Notes: a model not told the origin generated them from the sequence alone. A stretch of 64,000 bases of DNA from Nannocystales bacterium (GCA_050633305.1 JBOEGF010000002.1:64001-128000), one strand, 5' to 3'. Shown: positions 29,872 through 40,538, counted from the stretch's first letter. Translations and numbers: made by a program.

Positions 29872-30912
29872 TCAGACCAATCGCTGCCGAAGCCCGCGGG
29901 GAGACAGCCCACTCCAACGACGGACGGCCCGGCGAAACGCTCGCGCCTCCGAGAAGCCCAACATCGAAGACACCGAGTCAATCGTGAGTTCGTCGTCAAC
30001 GAGAAGCGTGCGACACCGTTGAAACCTGAGCTCGTCCACGAGGTCTCGGTAGCTGGTGTCATGCGACTGCAGCCGCCGCTGGAGGGTTCGATGACCGGTT
30101 CCGAGCGTCCGTGCGACTTGCTCGAGTGACGGCGCACCGCCCTGTGGCAGCGCGTTCACCACCACGCGCCGGATCTCCGCCAACAGGTCTCGCTCCCCGT
30201 CGAGTTTGGAGGTTTGCTCCGACGCCTGACGTTCCAAGAATGCGTAGAGGTCGGCCTCTGCCGACGGGAGCGCGCGGTCCAACCATGCGGCGGGAAAGCG
30301 GAGGTCGTTGAACGGCGCACCAAACGTCACCTCAGCGCCGAAGATGCTTTGGAGATAGCCCAGGTTCGGTCTTCGTGAGTGCTGAAACGAGACCGAGACC
30401 GGTCGACGGCCCAGCCCCGCCCACTCGAACGTCAGCAGAACATACGCCGCCATGACGAACTCGGCCTTGTGGGCGGGCCAACGCGCGCTCGGGTCCGCAG
30501 GGCCGTCGCGAATCACAGCGGTGTCCCCCTCGAGAAACAGAAGGGTCCGAGATGTCTCGTTGAGCAGCGCGCCATGTCGCACCACACACTCGAGCGCCCC
30601 CCGTAGGGTCGGTGCCGAACGAGCCAAGAACCCCACCACACCGAATGTCCCCGCCTCCATCGAACGAGAAGCCGCGCGAGCTCCAAACTCGGGGTCGCCT
30701 GAGGCCTCCCCGCACAGGTCCCACATTTTCGCGTAGGCACCGAACGGCAACCGAGACTCGGATTGCTCGAGAATGCTGGCGTCACCGCCGAGGACGTCGC
30801 GGGCCACCGAGGCTGGCGTCGCGCCCGAGTCTTCGTAGGCGCGAAGGACGGTATTCGCGAGGGACGACAGGACGGTTCCGGAGCAGTTCATGACGAAGTG
30901 GGGCGCCGTCAC
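29872..30912 (-). CDS. AraC family regulator
   Basis: VARTLGTGHRTLQRRL...LGFSEARAFRRAVRRWSGLSP. Confidence 0.95.
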   Translation of the reverse strand: MTAPHFVMNCSGTVLSSLANTVLRAYEDSGATPASVARDVLGGDASILEQSESRLPFGAYAKMWDLCGEASGDPEFGARAASRSMEAGTFGVVGFLARSAPTLRGALECVVRHGALLNETSRTLLFLEGDTAVIRDGPADPSARWPAHKAEFVMAAYVLLTFEWAGLGRRPVSVSFQHSRRPNLGYLQSIFGAEVTFGAPFNDLRFPAAWLDRALPSAEADLYAFLERQASEQTSKLDGERDLLAEIRRVVVNALPQGGAPSLEQVARTLGTGHRTLQRRLQSHDTSYRDLVDELRFQRCRTLLVDDELTIDSVSSMLGFSEARAFRRAVRRWSGLSPRGLRQRLV

Positions 30913-31168
30913 GACGCCGCGAGGTCAATGTATCTACGCAACGCCGGCACGGGTTGTCGGGCCGCAAGTGGTCGTGTCGCAGATCACCGACGCGATGCGC
31001 TTCTCCCCCAGGAGGGCGACTCCCGGAGTCGTTGGCATGCGAACCCGCGCACCTCGAACGCGCCGCGGTCACACCACGATGCAATCTGCAACACTGGTGT
31101 GGTGTTGCCGCGCCCCTGCGAGGCCGCGGTGGCAGCTCCGGTATCGTTTTGGCAAGGTGAAAGGGTCG

Positions 31169-31966
31169 ATGGAGTGGCTGCGGCCGAACAGACTCGTCGT
31201 GATGACGGCGCTCGTGCTCTCGGGGACAAGCTGCCGCATGCCCAACCCTGCCTTCGATGGGCTCGCGGCGGACTCGGCCGGTGATACGACGGGCGGGGTC
31301 GACTCAGACGACCCCACAGACAGCGACACGTCGCTCTCTCCATCGGGGACGACGCGGTCCGAGGACGGTATGACCGCCTCGAACACCACGAGCGTAGACG
31401 TCACGACGGAATCCGGAAACACAAGTCCGAGCACGACAACGACAACGACAACGACGACGACGGACGGGGACACCACCGACACCACCGGAGCCCCGGAATG
31501 CGGAGCATTGATCTACGAGGTGGCAGGCCCCGAAACAGGGCACATGAACATCGGGCTCGAGACGACCCGGGCTGGCGAAGAGGTCCGCGCCGGTTCGCTT
31601 CTCGAAGGCGAACCCATTCGCTGTTGGTCGGTGTGGCTGAGTCGTGCCGACGCGGACGCAACGGGTGACATTGATGTTGTGATCCGCCGGGTCACCGACG
31701 ACGCGGTTGTCGCTACGTTCGAGGGCATCGGCAGCGCGACAGAGCTCTCGGAGACAACTTCGCTGTACACCTTCACGCTCGCGGCGCCACACACCCTCGA
31801 GCCCGACGACCGCCTGCTCGTCGAGTACGCTGGGCCGTCATCAATCCACCTCGGATGGGTCGACGAAGGCTTCGACGGCGCCCTCACTCGCCGGGTCCGA
31901 TTTGAAATGAACGCCTACCAGTTCGGCAGTGCCCGCGACATCATCGGCACGATGGCGGCGCCCTGA
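31169..31966 (+). CDS. Lipoprotein with Thr-rich linker
   Basis: SGTSC-RMPNPAF, poly-Thr tract, beta-rich C-terminal domain. Confidence 0.8.
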   Translation: MEWLRPNRLVVMTALVLSGTSCRMPNPAFDGLAADSAGDTTGGVDSDDPTDSDTSLSPSGTTRSEDGMTASNTTSVDVTTESGNTSPSTTTTTTTTTTDGDTTDTTGAPECGALIYEVAGPETGHMNIGLETTRAGEEVRAGSLLEGEPIRCWSVWLSRADADATGDIDVVIRRVTDDAVVATFEGIGSATELSETTSLYTFTLAAPHTLEPDDRLLVEYAGPSSIHLGWVDEGFDGALTRRVRFEMNAYQFGSARDIIGTMAAP

Positions 31967-31997
31967 GGCGCGTGTTGACCTTGTGGCCCCTCCCGGG

Positions 31998-32405
31998 TCA
32001 AACGCCTCCGGTTTTTGCGTTCCAGGCTTCCGTGGCGCGCACCGAGCACTCTTGACCTCGCACCTCGAGTTCCTTGATCTTCTTCTGGTCGTCCTCCGAG
32101 AGCTTCTCGGTGTAGTCGAACTCGGAGTCAAACCCCTCCGGTAGAGCCTTCTGCGTGTAGTCTGCGATCTTCGACACCCCGCCGATTTCCGCCGTGCAGG
32201 ACTCCCCAAAGGCGTTCATTTCGTCGGCGACTGAGCCGGATTCGCCCGTCGCCGATGCGTAGTACCGAGCGCGGCAGCACTGCGCCTCGGCCACCGCCTC
32301 GTGGGCAGCAAGGTAGCCAGGGTCGAGTTTTTGCGGGGTGCAGCCGGTGCCCAGTGACACCACTGCGGCGAGGCAGCCCAAGGAAACGAGACGGTGAAGT
32401 GGCAT
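31998..32405 (-). CDS. Hypothetical lipoprotein
   Basis: LGTGC lipobox; helical, Cys-containing. Confidence 0.75.
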   Translation of the reverse strand: MPLHRLVSLGCLAAVVSLGTGCTPQKLDPGYLAAHEAVAEAQCCRARYYASATGESGSVADEMNAFGESCTAEIGGVSKIADYTQKALPEGFDSEFDYTEKLSEDDQKKIKELEVRGQECSVRATEAWNAKTGGV

Positions 32406-32558
32406 TGTGGCCTGTTGGAGTCGCGCGGGCCCCAAACGGATCACGCATTTCTGCAACTGTTTGGGCTTCGTCCACGTGAGCACGCCCCTGTGGCCCGTTG
32501 ACGACCCCATGTCATGGCTGTCAACCGACGCCGCGCGTGCTAGCAGGGAGGCCGCACC

Positions 32559-33662
32559 GTGGCCGACCGCTACCAACTCATCGCCGCAGAAGTCTCCCTG
32601 TACAGCGGTAAGGCGCGCGCCTACCTTCGGTACAAAGGCGTGCCCTTCGACGAGGTGCTCGCCACCCGCCCGGTCATTCAATCCGTGGTGAGACCCAAGA
32701 CCGGCCTGGCGATGGTGCCGGTTCTGCTCACGCCCGAGGGCGACGCGGTCCAAGACACGACAGCGATCATTCACGCGATCGAAGCCCGATTCCCGGAGCG
32801 TAGTGTGGCGCCTCCGGGCGTGCTGGGCGTCGCCAGCACGCTCTTGGAGTTGTACGGGGACGAGTGGCTCGTCATGCCCGCGATGCACTACCGATGGCAC
32901 TACAAGCGCAACATGCCGCTGATCCTCTCCGAGTTCGGGGAGCTCGTTGCGCCGCGTCTGCCCAAGCTGCTCACGCCGCTCGCGGGGCTCCCCCTGGCCC
33001 TGTACTTCGGCGGGAACTACGGTCGCGCGTTGGGCATCAGCAAGCGCAACCGGGCCGCGATCGAACAGTCGTATGAGGCGCTGCTCGGCGAGCTCAACAC
33101 CCACTTCGAGGCGCACCCCTTCTTGCTGGGCGCGCGACCGTGCCAAGGCGACTTCGGGTTCATGGGGCCGCTGTACGCCCACCTGTACCGTGACCCCGTC
33201 CCAGGCGCGTTGATGAAGCGCCGGGCCCCACGCGTGGCCGACTGGGTCGAGCGCATGAACCAGCCCGCGCCACCAACGGACCCTCCGCCCTTCCAAGACG
33301 ACGACACCGTGCCAGCCTCTCTCGACCCCGTCTTTCGCCGACTTTTCCGAGAACACTGGCCCGTGGTTGCGGACACCATCAACGGCGTCGACGCGTGGGT
33401 CCACGACCACCCCAAGGCGAAACGCGTCAAGCGCTTCGTCGGCTCCCACTCGTTCTCGATCGAAGGCGTCTCGCACCAGCGTTGGCTACAGTCGTTCACG
33501 CAATGGATGGCACAGCACGCCCTCGACGCCTACGCGGCTCTGGACGACGATGCGCGCGCCCGAGCTGATGTCTGGCTGCGACGCGTCGGCGGCCATGAAG
33601 CCATGCAAACACGCGTGCCCACACGGGTGCGGCGCGAGCACAACCGCCTTGTGCCGGAGTGA
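32559..33662 (+). CDS. Glutathione S-transferase family protein
   Basis: SLYSGKARAYLRYK, MVPVL...QDTTAII, FLLGARPCQGDFG. Confidence 0.92.
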   Translation: MADRYQLIAAEVSLYSGKARAYLRYKGVPFDEVLATRPVIQSVVRPKTGLAMVPVLLTPEGDAVQDTTAIIHAIEARFPERSVAPPGVLGVASTLLELYGDEWLVMPAMHYRWHYKRNMPLILSEFGELVAPRLPKLLTPLAGLPLALYFGGNYGRALGISKRNRAAIEQSYEALLGELNTHFEAHPFLLGARPCQGDFGFMGPLYAHLYRDPVPGALMKRRAPRVADWVERMNQPAPPTDPPPFQDDDTVPASLDPVFRRLFREHWPVVADTINGVDAWVHDHPKAKRVKRFVGSHSFSIEGVSHQRWLQSFTQWMAQHALDAYAALDDDARARADVWLRRVGGHEAMQTRVPTRVRREHNRLVPE

Positions 33663-33668
33663 TTCCGC

Positions 33669-34175
33669 TCAGGGCGTCGCGCCCGGTTTCGTCCGACACA
33701 CCGAGGCCTTCCCCGCCTTGCACCCGCCCGGGTTGAGGCGCTGGAACAGCTTCGAGATGTCAGAGCCCACTCCGGCGTATTCACTCTGCCGTCCCGCGAG
33801 TTGGGTGACGTACCGATAGTCGTCGGTCACGAACAACCCGACCGACAGAAACATCGGCTCGTCCCCGTCACGCTCCAGTCGGAAGTCGTAGCGCGTGCCG
33901 GGAACGTCATTGCGGGCCCGCAACGGGGACGACGCCTCGAGCGCGTAGCCTCGACCCAGGAGCTTAGTCTCGAGGTCGTTGGACCAGTAGCCGAGCGTCC
34001 CTCCGTCGACGTTGTCGTACACCGTCACGCGCAGACCGACGCTGTCTTTGCCCTTGTAGTGTTGGGACTGCCAGTCGGACTCCGCCTCGACGAACCCCGG
34101 CGGCGCCGAGTAGTCGATCACCGGAGCGCATCCGACTGCGCTCAGACAGGACGCAAGGGCGATCTGTCGAAGCAT
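33669..34175 (-). CDS. Hypothetical lipoprotein, coupled to the DUF4349 gene
   Basis: SAVGC lipobox; TGATG overlap at 34173-34177. Confidence 0.8.
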   Translation of the reverse strand: MLRQIALASCLSAVGCAPVIDYSAPPGFVEAESDWQSQHYKGKDSVGLRVTVYDNVDGGTLGYWSNDLETKLLGRGYALEASSPLRARNDVPGTRYDFRLERDGDEPMFLSVGLFVTDDYRYVTQLAGRQSEYAGVGSDISKLFQRLNPGGCKAGKASVCRTKPGATP

Positions 34176-35308
34176 CAGCGCCATGCCGTGCCCTCCACAG
34201 AGATATCGTCGACCCACGGAAACGGGTCGTTCGTCGAGGGCGTGTCCACATCGGGCAGCCTCGGCTGCAGCGAAAGCGACAGCGCGGACAGATCCACCCG
34301 CGAGGAAAGAAGGCGCTGTTTTCCGAGGGCGGACTCCAGCTCCAATGTGACCGTGTCCAGGGCCCTGCGCACCTCCAGCGCTTCGGCGACCGTTCTCGCC
34401 CGCTCCAGAAGTGTGAGCAACTGCGCCTGGGTCCGTTGCAGGACTTCAATCCGGGTGCGGAGGTCGTAGTAGTCCTCGGTGACGTCTTGTGCCTCGAACG
34501 ACTGTGCCTCGACCCGACCCAGCGCCCCGATCTCCTGCGCGATGTCGCGGAACTTCCGAGCCGGGATCCGCACCACCATGCGCTCCTCATGCAGCGATTG
34601 GACGTAACCCCCCGCCTTGGTGACGAGCGCCTCGATTCGGGTCTGCGCAGTCGAGCGATCGAACACGGCGAGACTCATCGTTCCGGAGTAGACAACTTGT
34701 CGGGCAAAGTCCTCGGGCAGCGGGGACGTTGCGGCCTCGGCCTCCAGCTGCGGGATGGCGGAGCTTCCGTGGGACTCGGTGCGACCGCTCGAATCTGGGA
34801 CCGCGGCGGCGAGCGCCTTGCGCTGATCGGCAAGCCGCGTCTTTGGGGACTCGCGCCGCGGCGCTGTTGATGTCACCCGCTCGAACGGGTCCTTGCTGGT
34901 CGTTCGACCCACCGACGCGGACTGCCGGACGGCCACGGGCTTGACGCGGATCATTCGGTGAAACTCGTTGTGGGGGTCGAGCTTGAAGTTGGCTCTGAAC
35001 GTTCCCCCCTCGGGGAGTTCGGTCACCTTTGAGACATCCGCCTGTCCCGCAAGGACCTGAATCGTGAACGTCCCTGTGGGGAGGTCACGAAATGCGTAGA
35101 TCCCATTCGCGTTGGTGGTCGTCTCTCGGGCTCCTTTCAGACAGTTGCACTGGAGAACCACAAGCGCATTGGGCATCCGCTCCCCGGTGTCGGCGTTCGT
35201 CACCACACCCGAGATCGACCCGATATCACTCCCTGCTTCCGCCGGGCGAGGGCTCAGCGCCAGCACCCCCACCCCAACGATTCCGACCCACCACGACTTG
35301 TTCCCCAT
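34175..35308 (-). CDS. Carboxypeptidase-regulatory-like domain plus DUF4349
   Basis: GSISGVVTNADTGE...TNANGIYAFRDLPTGTFTI; GGYVQ...VRIP...QDVTEDYYDL.TRI. Confidence 0.85.
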   Translation of the reverse strand: MGNKSWWVGIVGVGVLALSPRPAEAGSDIGSISGVVTNADTGERMPNALVVLQCNCLKGARETTTNANGIYAFRDLPTGTFTIQVLAGQADVSKVTELPEGGTFRANFKLDPHNEFHRMIRVKPVAVRQSASVGRTTSKDPFERVTSTAPRRESPKTRLADQRKALAAAVPDSSGRTESHGSSAIPQLEAEAATSPLPEDFARQVVYSGTMSLAVFDRSTAQTRIEALVTKAGGYVQSLHEERMVVRIPARKFRDIAQEIGALGRVEAQSFEAQDVTEDYYDLRTRIEVLQRTQAQLLTLLERARTVAEALEVRRALDTVTLELESALGKQRLLSSRVDLSALSLSLQPRLPDVDTPSTNDPFPWVDDISVEGTAWR

Positions 35309-35481
35309 GACGTCTCTTGGCTCCCTCCACCGCAACGAGAGCTCCCAGCACGACTTACAGCGCGTGACACCGCTTCACCGCGTGGAGCGCCAGTCCGTGT
35401 GCGTCGTTTGGATTGATGGAGGAAAACGAACTTTCCCAACATCCGGGTGATCGTGGGCATCGCCCCGGACACTACCCACGA

Positions 35482-37470
35482 GTGATTGGCTTAACTTCCG
35501 GGAAACGTACCGAGGTGGCACTTGCCTCTCTGCTGGCAGCGACGGCTGTCTGGCTTGCAAATCCGTCCGCAGCTCATGCATGCGGCGGAACCTTCTGCGA
35601 CGCCGGGCCCTCGGTCATGCCCGTGGACCAGACCGGCGAAAACGTGATGTTCGTGGTCGCCGATGGTCAGGTCGAGGCACACATCCAGATTCAGTACACA
35701 GGCGATCCTGAGCGCTTCGCGTGGATCGTCCCCGTGATGGCAGAACCGACGGTGGAGGTGGGCTCGGACCTGCTCTTCACGGAGCTGCAAGAGGCCACCG
35801 TGCCGACCTTTACCGTCTCCACCCGTACCGAGAACTGCGGCGCCCCTGGGGGCATCGGAGGCGGAGGCGGGGGCGGTGGCGGTGGGTGCGGAGGCGCTCC
35901 CCGAGATGAACCGCTCGCCGGGTTCGGCGACGACGATTCACACGCGGACGACGGCCTCGATGACCCGCCAACCGTGCATCAGCGGGAACTCGCAGGGAGC
36001 TACGAATACGTCGTGCTCGAGGGCGGAAGCGTGAACGGCATCGTGACCTGGCTCGACGAAAACGGCTTCGCCCAGGACGACGACGCCCCTCCGATCTTGC
36101 AGGACTACATCGACGACGGCTTCCTCTTCGTCGCGTTCAAGTTGCGCTCCGGACACGGCGTCGACCAGATTCACCCGATCGTGTTGCGCTATCCCGGCGA
36201 CGAAGCGTGTGTGCCCCTGCGCCTGACGCGAATCGCCGCGCGAGACGACATGGGTGTGCGTACATTCTTTCTCGGCCGGGACCGCGTGACCCCGACCAAC
36301 TTTCGTCACGTGCAGCTCAACCCTCTGAAGTTCGATTGGGACGCCCCGGGCACCGACTACGAAGAGGTCGTCACCCGTGCCGTCGATGAGGATGGCGCAG
36401 ACGGACAGGCGTTCGTCACCGAGTATGCCGGGAGCTCCAACGTCATCTCGTCCGCCGCGTTCAACTCACACCGCTGGCGCAGCGCCCCCTTCGCAAGTGC
36501 CAGCCCCGAGGATCTCACCGCGTTGCTGGCCGAGCACGATCTGATGACCTGCCTGTGGGACGAGTGCTACCCGACCCACCCCCTCCTCCCTTCGCTTCTG
36601 CAGACGTACGTCCCTCCACCACCCGGCGTCGATCCCAAGGACTTCTACGCGTGCACAAGCTGCTACGCCGACTGGCAGCCGGAGGGAGAGCCACCCGCCG
36701 CCGACGCGAGCACAACCGCTGGAACATCGAGCGACACCGATGGCGGGGAGAGTTCCAGCGATACAGATGGCCTAGGCACGACAGGAGGTTCCGCCAGCGG
36801 GTCGAGCGACACCGGAGGCACAAGCGACGGGCAGAGCGGGACCACCAGCGATGACGGAACCGGGGAGGAACCCACGTCCCCAGACGCGTGGCCTGCCTCG
36901 TGGGACACCGAGGGGCTCGCCGACGCCCTCCAAGAGCAGGTCGTCGCCCCGAGCGAGCACGCCGCGGCCCTGGTGAGCAAGTACGGGTACCTCACCCGCA
37001 TGTACACCACGCTGTCCCCCAGCGAGATGACCCGCGACCCGTTGTTCTCCGAGATGCCCGGCCTACCCGACGTCGACAACGTCTGGTCGGCCACCCGCTT
37101 CAACCGTTGTGACGGACCCGACCGCGTCGAACTCGATTCGGGACCCGTGCTGTGGTTCACCGAGTCCGACGAGCCACCTGCGTTTGCGCAGATGCCCTAC
37201 GCATGGATCGTGGAGGAGTTCTTCACGGGCGCCCCGATGGTGATCCGCAACAACGTGGAAGCCATCGATGCCGAGCTCTCCGCATGGAACGCGGACCACC
37301 AGGGCCCCGACATCACACCCGATGACGAGCTTCCCGCTGAGATGGACGACGACGACGATGACGGGTTCTGCAACTGCACCTCGACCAACCCAGTGCGTGG
37401 CTCTGGCACGGTCTCGCTGCTGCTGATGCTGGGGCTCTTCGCCCGGAAGCAGCGACGCTGGGTCGGCTGA
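35482..37470 (+). CDS. DUF2330 domain protein with MYXO-CTERM-like tail
   Basis: ACGGTFCD...QIQYTGD..FAWIVPV, FVAFKL, VPLRLT, YLTRMYT.LSP.EMT.DP.F; CNC...LLLMLGLFARKQRR; start uncertain. Confidence 0.9.
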   Translation: MIGLTSGKRTEVALASLLAATAVWLANPSAAHACGGTFCDAGPSVMPVDQTGENVMFVVADGQVEAHIQIQYTGDPERFAWIVPVMAEPTVEVGSDLLFTELQEATVPTFTVSTRTENCGAPGGIGGGGGGGGGGCGGAPRDEPLAGFGDDDSHADDGLDDPPTVHQRELAGSYEYVVLEGGSVNGIVTWLDENGFAQDDDAPPILQDYIDDGFLFVAFKLRSGHGVDQIHPIVLRYPGDEACVPLRLTRIAARDDMGVRTFFLGRDRVTPTNFRHVQLNPLKFDWDAPGTDYEEVVTRAVDEDGADGQAFVTEYAGSSNVISSAAFNSHRWRSAPFASASPEDLTALLAEHDLMTCLWDECYPTHPLLPSLLQTYVPPPPGVDPKDFYACTSCYADWQPEGEPPAADASTTAGTSSDTDGGESSSDTDGLGTTGGSASGSSDTGGTSDGQSGTTSDDGTGEEPTSPDAWPASWDTEGLADALQEQVVAPSEHAAALVSKYGYLTRMYTTLSPSEMTRDPLFSEMPGLPDVDNVWSATRFNRCDGPDRVELDSGPVLWFTESDEPPAFAQMPYAWIVEEFFTGAPMVIRNNVEAIDAELSAWNADHQGPDITPDDELPAEMDDDDDDGFCNCTSTNPVRGSGTVSLLLMLGLFARKQRRWVG

Positions 37471-37628
37471 GGGCGCTTCGTCCATCGCCGAACGCCGTCA
37501 TCTGGCTCGCAAGCGGTGTTGCTCGGGGGGCTGGCGACGGGAGTGATCGAACCGCCTCAGCCCTCGTCTTCTCGACAAAGGAGCGCGCCAGCAGCAAAAA
37601 AGGCCCCAGGGCAGAAGGTCCCGCCTTT

Positions 37629-37676
37629 GCTCGCCGAACTCCGATTTTTTTTTCGATCGGAGTGACGGAACCGAGC
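37629..37676. other. Intergenic long hairpin
   Basis: GCTCG-CCG-A-ACTCCGAT / T-rich loop / ATCGGAGT-GA-CGG-AAC-CGAGC. Confidence 0.6.
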
Positions 37677-37860
37677 TTTGAGGGGAATGGGTTGGTAGCC
37701 CAGTTCGGACGGCCGCACTCCACGACGAATGTGCTGTCTGCCCCCCGGACGCTCTCGCTCAGCTGACGACGCGATGAACACCAGAGCCCGAAGTCCCTCC
37801 TCTCCCGACACCAGCAAGATCCACGCTCGTCCGTGGCAACTGGGCTGCGGTTCGCGCCGA

Positions 37861-38646
37861 ATGGTCGTAGGCACGTTAAGCCTGGTTCTACAGGCTTGCT
37901 CCGCTGGCCCCGACCTCGAGTCCGATGGAACAGGGGTTCGCGACCCTATCGGAGCCCACGAAACGGAGGGCGCCACAACCTCCTCCTCGACCGACGCAGA
38001 CGTCGTCGAAGAAGGCTCCTCATCGACCGGGGACGAAGGAGCAACCTACAAACCGGAGGCCGGGGAGTCCTCGACGGGCGAACTTGACGGTAACCCTTCC
38101 CCAGCCAAGGTCTGCCCAGATGGCCCTTCGTGCTTCTCATGGTGTGGTGTTCAGAAGTCCGACGGAGAGTGCGTCCGCGCTGTCCCAGTCGAGGCCACGC
38201 CACCCGTCGACCTCCTATGCCCCTCGCTTCACCTGACAATCGATGCGGACGGCGCCGCGAGCCTCGGCGAGGGCTCCACGCACGACGACGTCCGCTGTTT
38301 CATGCAGGCCATTCGCTATTCGAACGAAGGCTCTCTCTCCTTGTCATGGCTCGACACGGAGAGTGGTTACAACGCAATGATCGAGATGCGTCTCAACGGG
38401 GACCAGACGGTGGATTTGGCGATGCGATCACGCCGCGGGGCAGACTGCGGCGAGATGGTCACGCTGTGGGCACCGTCGGCCCACACCCAAGTCCGAGAGG
38501 ACGCCCTGTACACAGCCTGCCTCGACACGAGCCCGCCCGCGAGCCTGCAGGAGTGCCTCCTGGGGCCCGCAGCGTCGTTCCACACCAGCTTTGACACTGC
38601 CTTCGGCAGCCCGTTCCCCTGGCTCTCGGGCTACTGCATCCCGTAG
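37861..38646 (+). CDS. Cys-rich lipoprotein
   Basis: LVLQAC lipobox-like, S/T/E linker; start uncertain. Confidence 0.7.
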   Translation: MVVGTLSLVLQACSAGPDLESDGTGVRDPIGAHETEGATTSSSTDADVVEEGSSSTGDEGATYKPEAGESSTGELDGNPSPAKVCPDGPSCFSWCGVQKSDGECVRAVPVEATPPVDLLCPSLHLTIDADGAASLGEGSTHDDVRCFMQAIRYSNEGSLSLSWLDTESGYNAMIEMRLNGDQTVDLAMRSRRGADCGEMVTLWAPSAHTQVREDALYTACLDTSPPASLQECLLGPAASFHTSFDTAFGSPFPWLSGYCIP

Positions 38647-38678
38647 GGGCCGCTCGAGCGTGACGAGCCAGAAGACCG

Positions 38679-39149
38679 ATGACGGCATCACAAGACAAGG
38701 ACAACCTCGTCCCATGGGCAACGCTCGCCGAAGCGATGTCGACAGGCGTGTTTGGCCGCGGCGGCTCCAGCGATCACAGCGGGCACAGCAACGGACTGTT
38801 GCCCATCGTGGTCCGCGGTCCGAGTGGTTTGGAGACGCTGGCGGGAAGCTACGACCCCGACACGGGAACGATGTGGATGACTCGCGCAGTTCAAGACCTG
38901 CTCATCGCGTGTATTGGGGCCTCGGAGCCCGCTGTGGTCGTGCTCGACAGGCGAGGCGCCGGGGGTGCGGTCGACCTTCACAAAGGTACGGTTGCTTTGA
39001 GCGCGGGGCTTGGGTCAAGTGCGGAACTCGACGTCCTGCGTCAGATCGAGTCAGCGGACTGGGTCGATCTCGGCACGCTGGAGATTCGCTCGGCAAACTG
39101 GGCCGCACCGTCGACAGACAGCAAGCCCCCGTGCTGCGAGCCCGGGTGA
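38679..39149 (+). CDS. Hypothetical protein
   Basis: 156-aa ORF; no motif recognised. Confidence 0.5.
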   Translation: MTASQDKDNLVPWATLAEAMSTGVFGRGGSSDHSGHSNGLLPIVVRGPSGLETLAGSYDPDTGTMWMTRAVQDLLIACIGASEPAVVVLDRRGAGGAVDLHKGTVALSAGLGSSAELDVLRQIESADWVDLGTLEIRSANWAAPSTDSKPPCCEPG

Positions 39150-39300
39150 GGCAAGCGAGCGCGGATCGCTGGTATCGCAAGCGAATCCGCGCACGGGGAC
39201 TGGTCCAACGCGAGCAGGGTGGCCTGCTACGAGCCGGTTGCCGACCTCGGAGAACCTTTGCGAACGAACGTGCCTCCACACGTGCTGATACGATCCGTGC

Positions 39301-40512
39301 ATGCGGATTGCAGCGGCGATGCTCCTGGTCGCAGCGTTCCAGTGCGGAAAGGCTCCCAGCTCTCCGGGCTCTTCGGCGCCCGACCCCACGGCGCCGGCTC
39401 CCCGTGATGCGGCAAGTCGAGTCTTGTCCGAGCAGCCGGTCTCCATTTGCGAGAGCTGGTCCGACGCTCCGGAGCCAGACCTGATGGAAGCGCGGCAACT
39501 CGTCGCTCGGACCGACCATGCGTGCGTGCGTATCTCGAGCGGACGTGTTCGGTGCTGGGGGTCCAACACCGTCGGGCAACTGGGTACCTGCGAAGCGTCG
39601 GACCACAGCGCCGTGCCCCAGACCTTTCCCGGCGTCGAGAAGGCCCGCGATGTTGCCGTGGGGCGCTACGGCACGTGCGTCGTCGCAGAGTCCGGTTCGC
39701 TGTGGTGCTCCGATCAGGTTCGCGGGCTTCTGGGCGCCGAGGGGACGGGCAAGATCGAAGGCATCGATCGAGCCACGGCGGTCGCGGTGGGCGACCTGCA
39801 CGTCTGCACGCTCTCCAGTGACTCGAAGATCCTGTGTTTCGGGCGCTGGGACGCTGCAGAGGCCCTCGGCCCCGCGGCCCGGATCCTCGACAACGAGACG
39901 GATACGGGCCGGGGTGCGGGCTATGTGGAGCTTCAGCAACCGACCCAGCTCGTTGCGGGTGCGGCCCACAACTGCGGCCTGGAGAGCCAGGGCCGAGTGA
40001 TGTGCTGGGGACAGAACACCCAGGGCCAGCTGGGCGATCCCACAGTGGGTGCGGAGATCGACTCGAACCGCGGCGTGCCCCGGCGTGTTGCTGCGCTCCC
40101 CTACGTCGAGTCGATTCACGCCGAGCAAAACACCACGTGTGCCGTCACAGACGTGGGCGAGTTGTACTGCTGGGGCGAAGGTTTTGGTCCGCAGGCGATG
40201 GGCATCCGGGTCCCTCAAACCCGGTCCGCCGCGATGGGACCGGGGTTCGTCTGTCTGGCCACCCGCGCGGGCGGGCTGTGGTGCGGTGGCGAGTCGATGA
40301 CGTTCGCGCCCGACGTGCAGGCAGCCGTCCTCCCGGGCTACGACCAAACCGTCGGAGTCGCGGTGGGCGACGGCTTCGTCTGCGGGCATCGCAAGGACGG
40401 CATCGTGCAGTGCCAGGGCACCAACGCGCAGGGCCAACTCGGCGGAATGCACCCCGACGAGGCCGCCCGCCTCGAGCCAACGATGGTGTTGCTCGGCGGC
40501 GTGGCGATCTAG
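39301..40512 (+). CDS. RCC1/BLIP-II repeat exported protein
   Basis: Repeated H.C.....G.V.CWG.N..GQLG. Confidence 0.93.
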   Translation: MRIAAAMLLVAAFQCGKAPSSPGSSAPDPTAPAPRDAASRVLSEQPVSICESWSDAPEPDLMEARQLVARTDHACVRISSGRVRCWGSNTVGQLGTCEASDHSAVPQTFPGVEKARDVAVGRYGTCVVAESGSLWCSDQVRGLLGAEGTGKIEGIDRATAVAVGDLHVCTLSSDSKILCFGRWDAAEALGPAARILDNETDTGRGAGYVELQQPTQLVAGAAHNCGLESQGRVMCWGQNTQGQLGDPTVGAEIDSNRGVPRRVAALPYVESIHAEQNTTCAVTDVGELYCWGEGFGPQAMGIRVPQTRSAAMGPGFVCLATRAGGLWCGGESMTFAPDVQAAVLPGYDQTVGVAVGDGFVCGHRKDGIVQCQGTNAQGQLGGMHPDEAARLEPTMVLLGGVAI

Positions 40513-40538
40513 GGGGTGTCCTTGCCCTCCCCTGGTGG

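Noticed and set aside
37689..37760. tRNA gene (GGGTTGGTAGCCCAGTTCGG resembles a tRNA 5' end)
   Set aside because: No anticodon stem, no GTTCRA T-loop and no complementary acceptor strand
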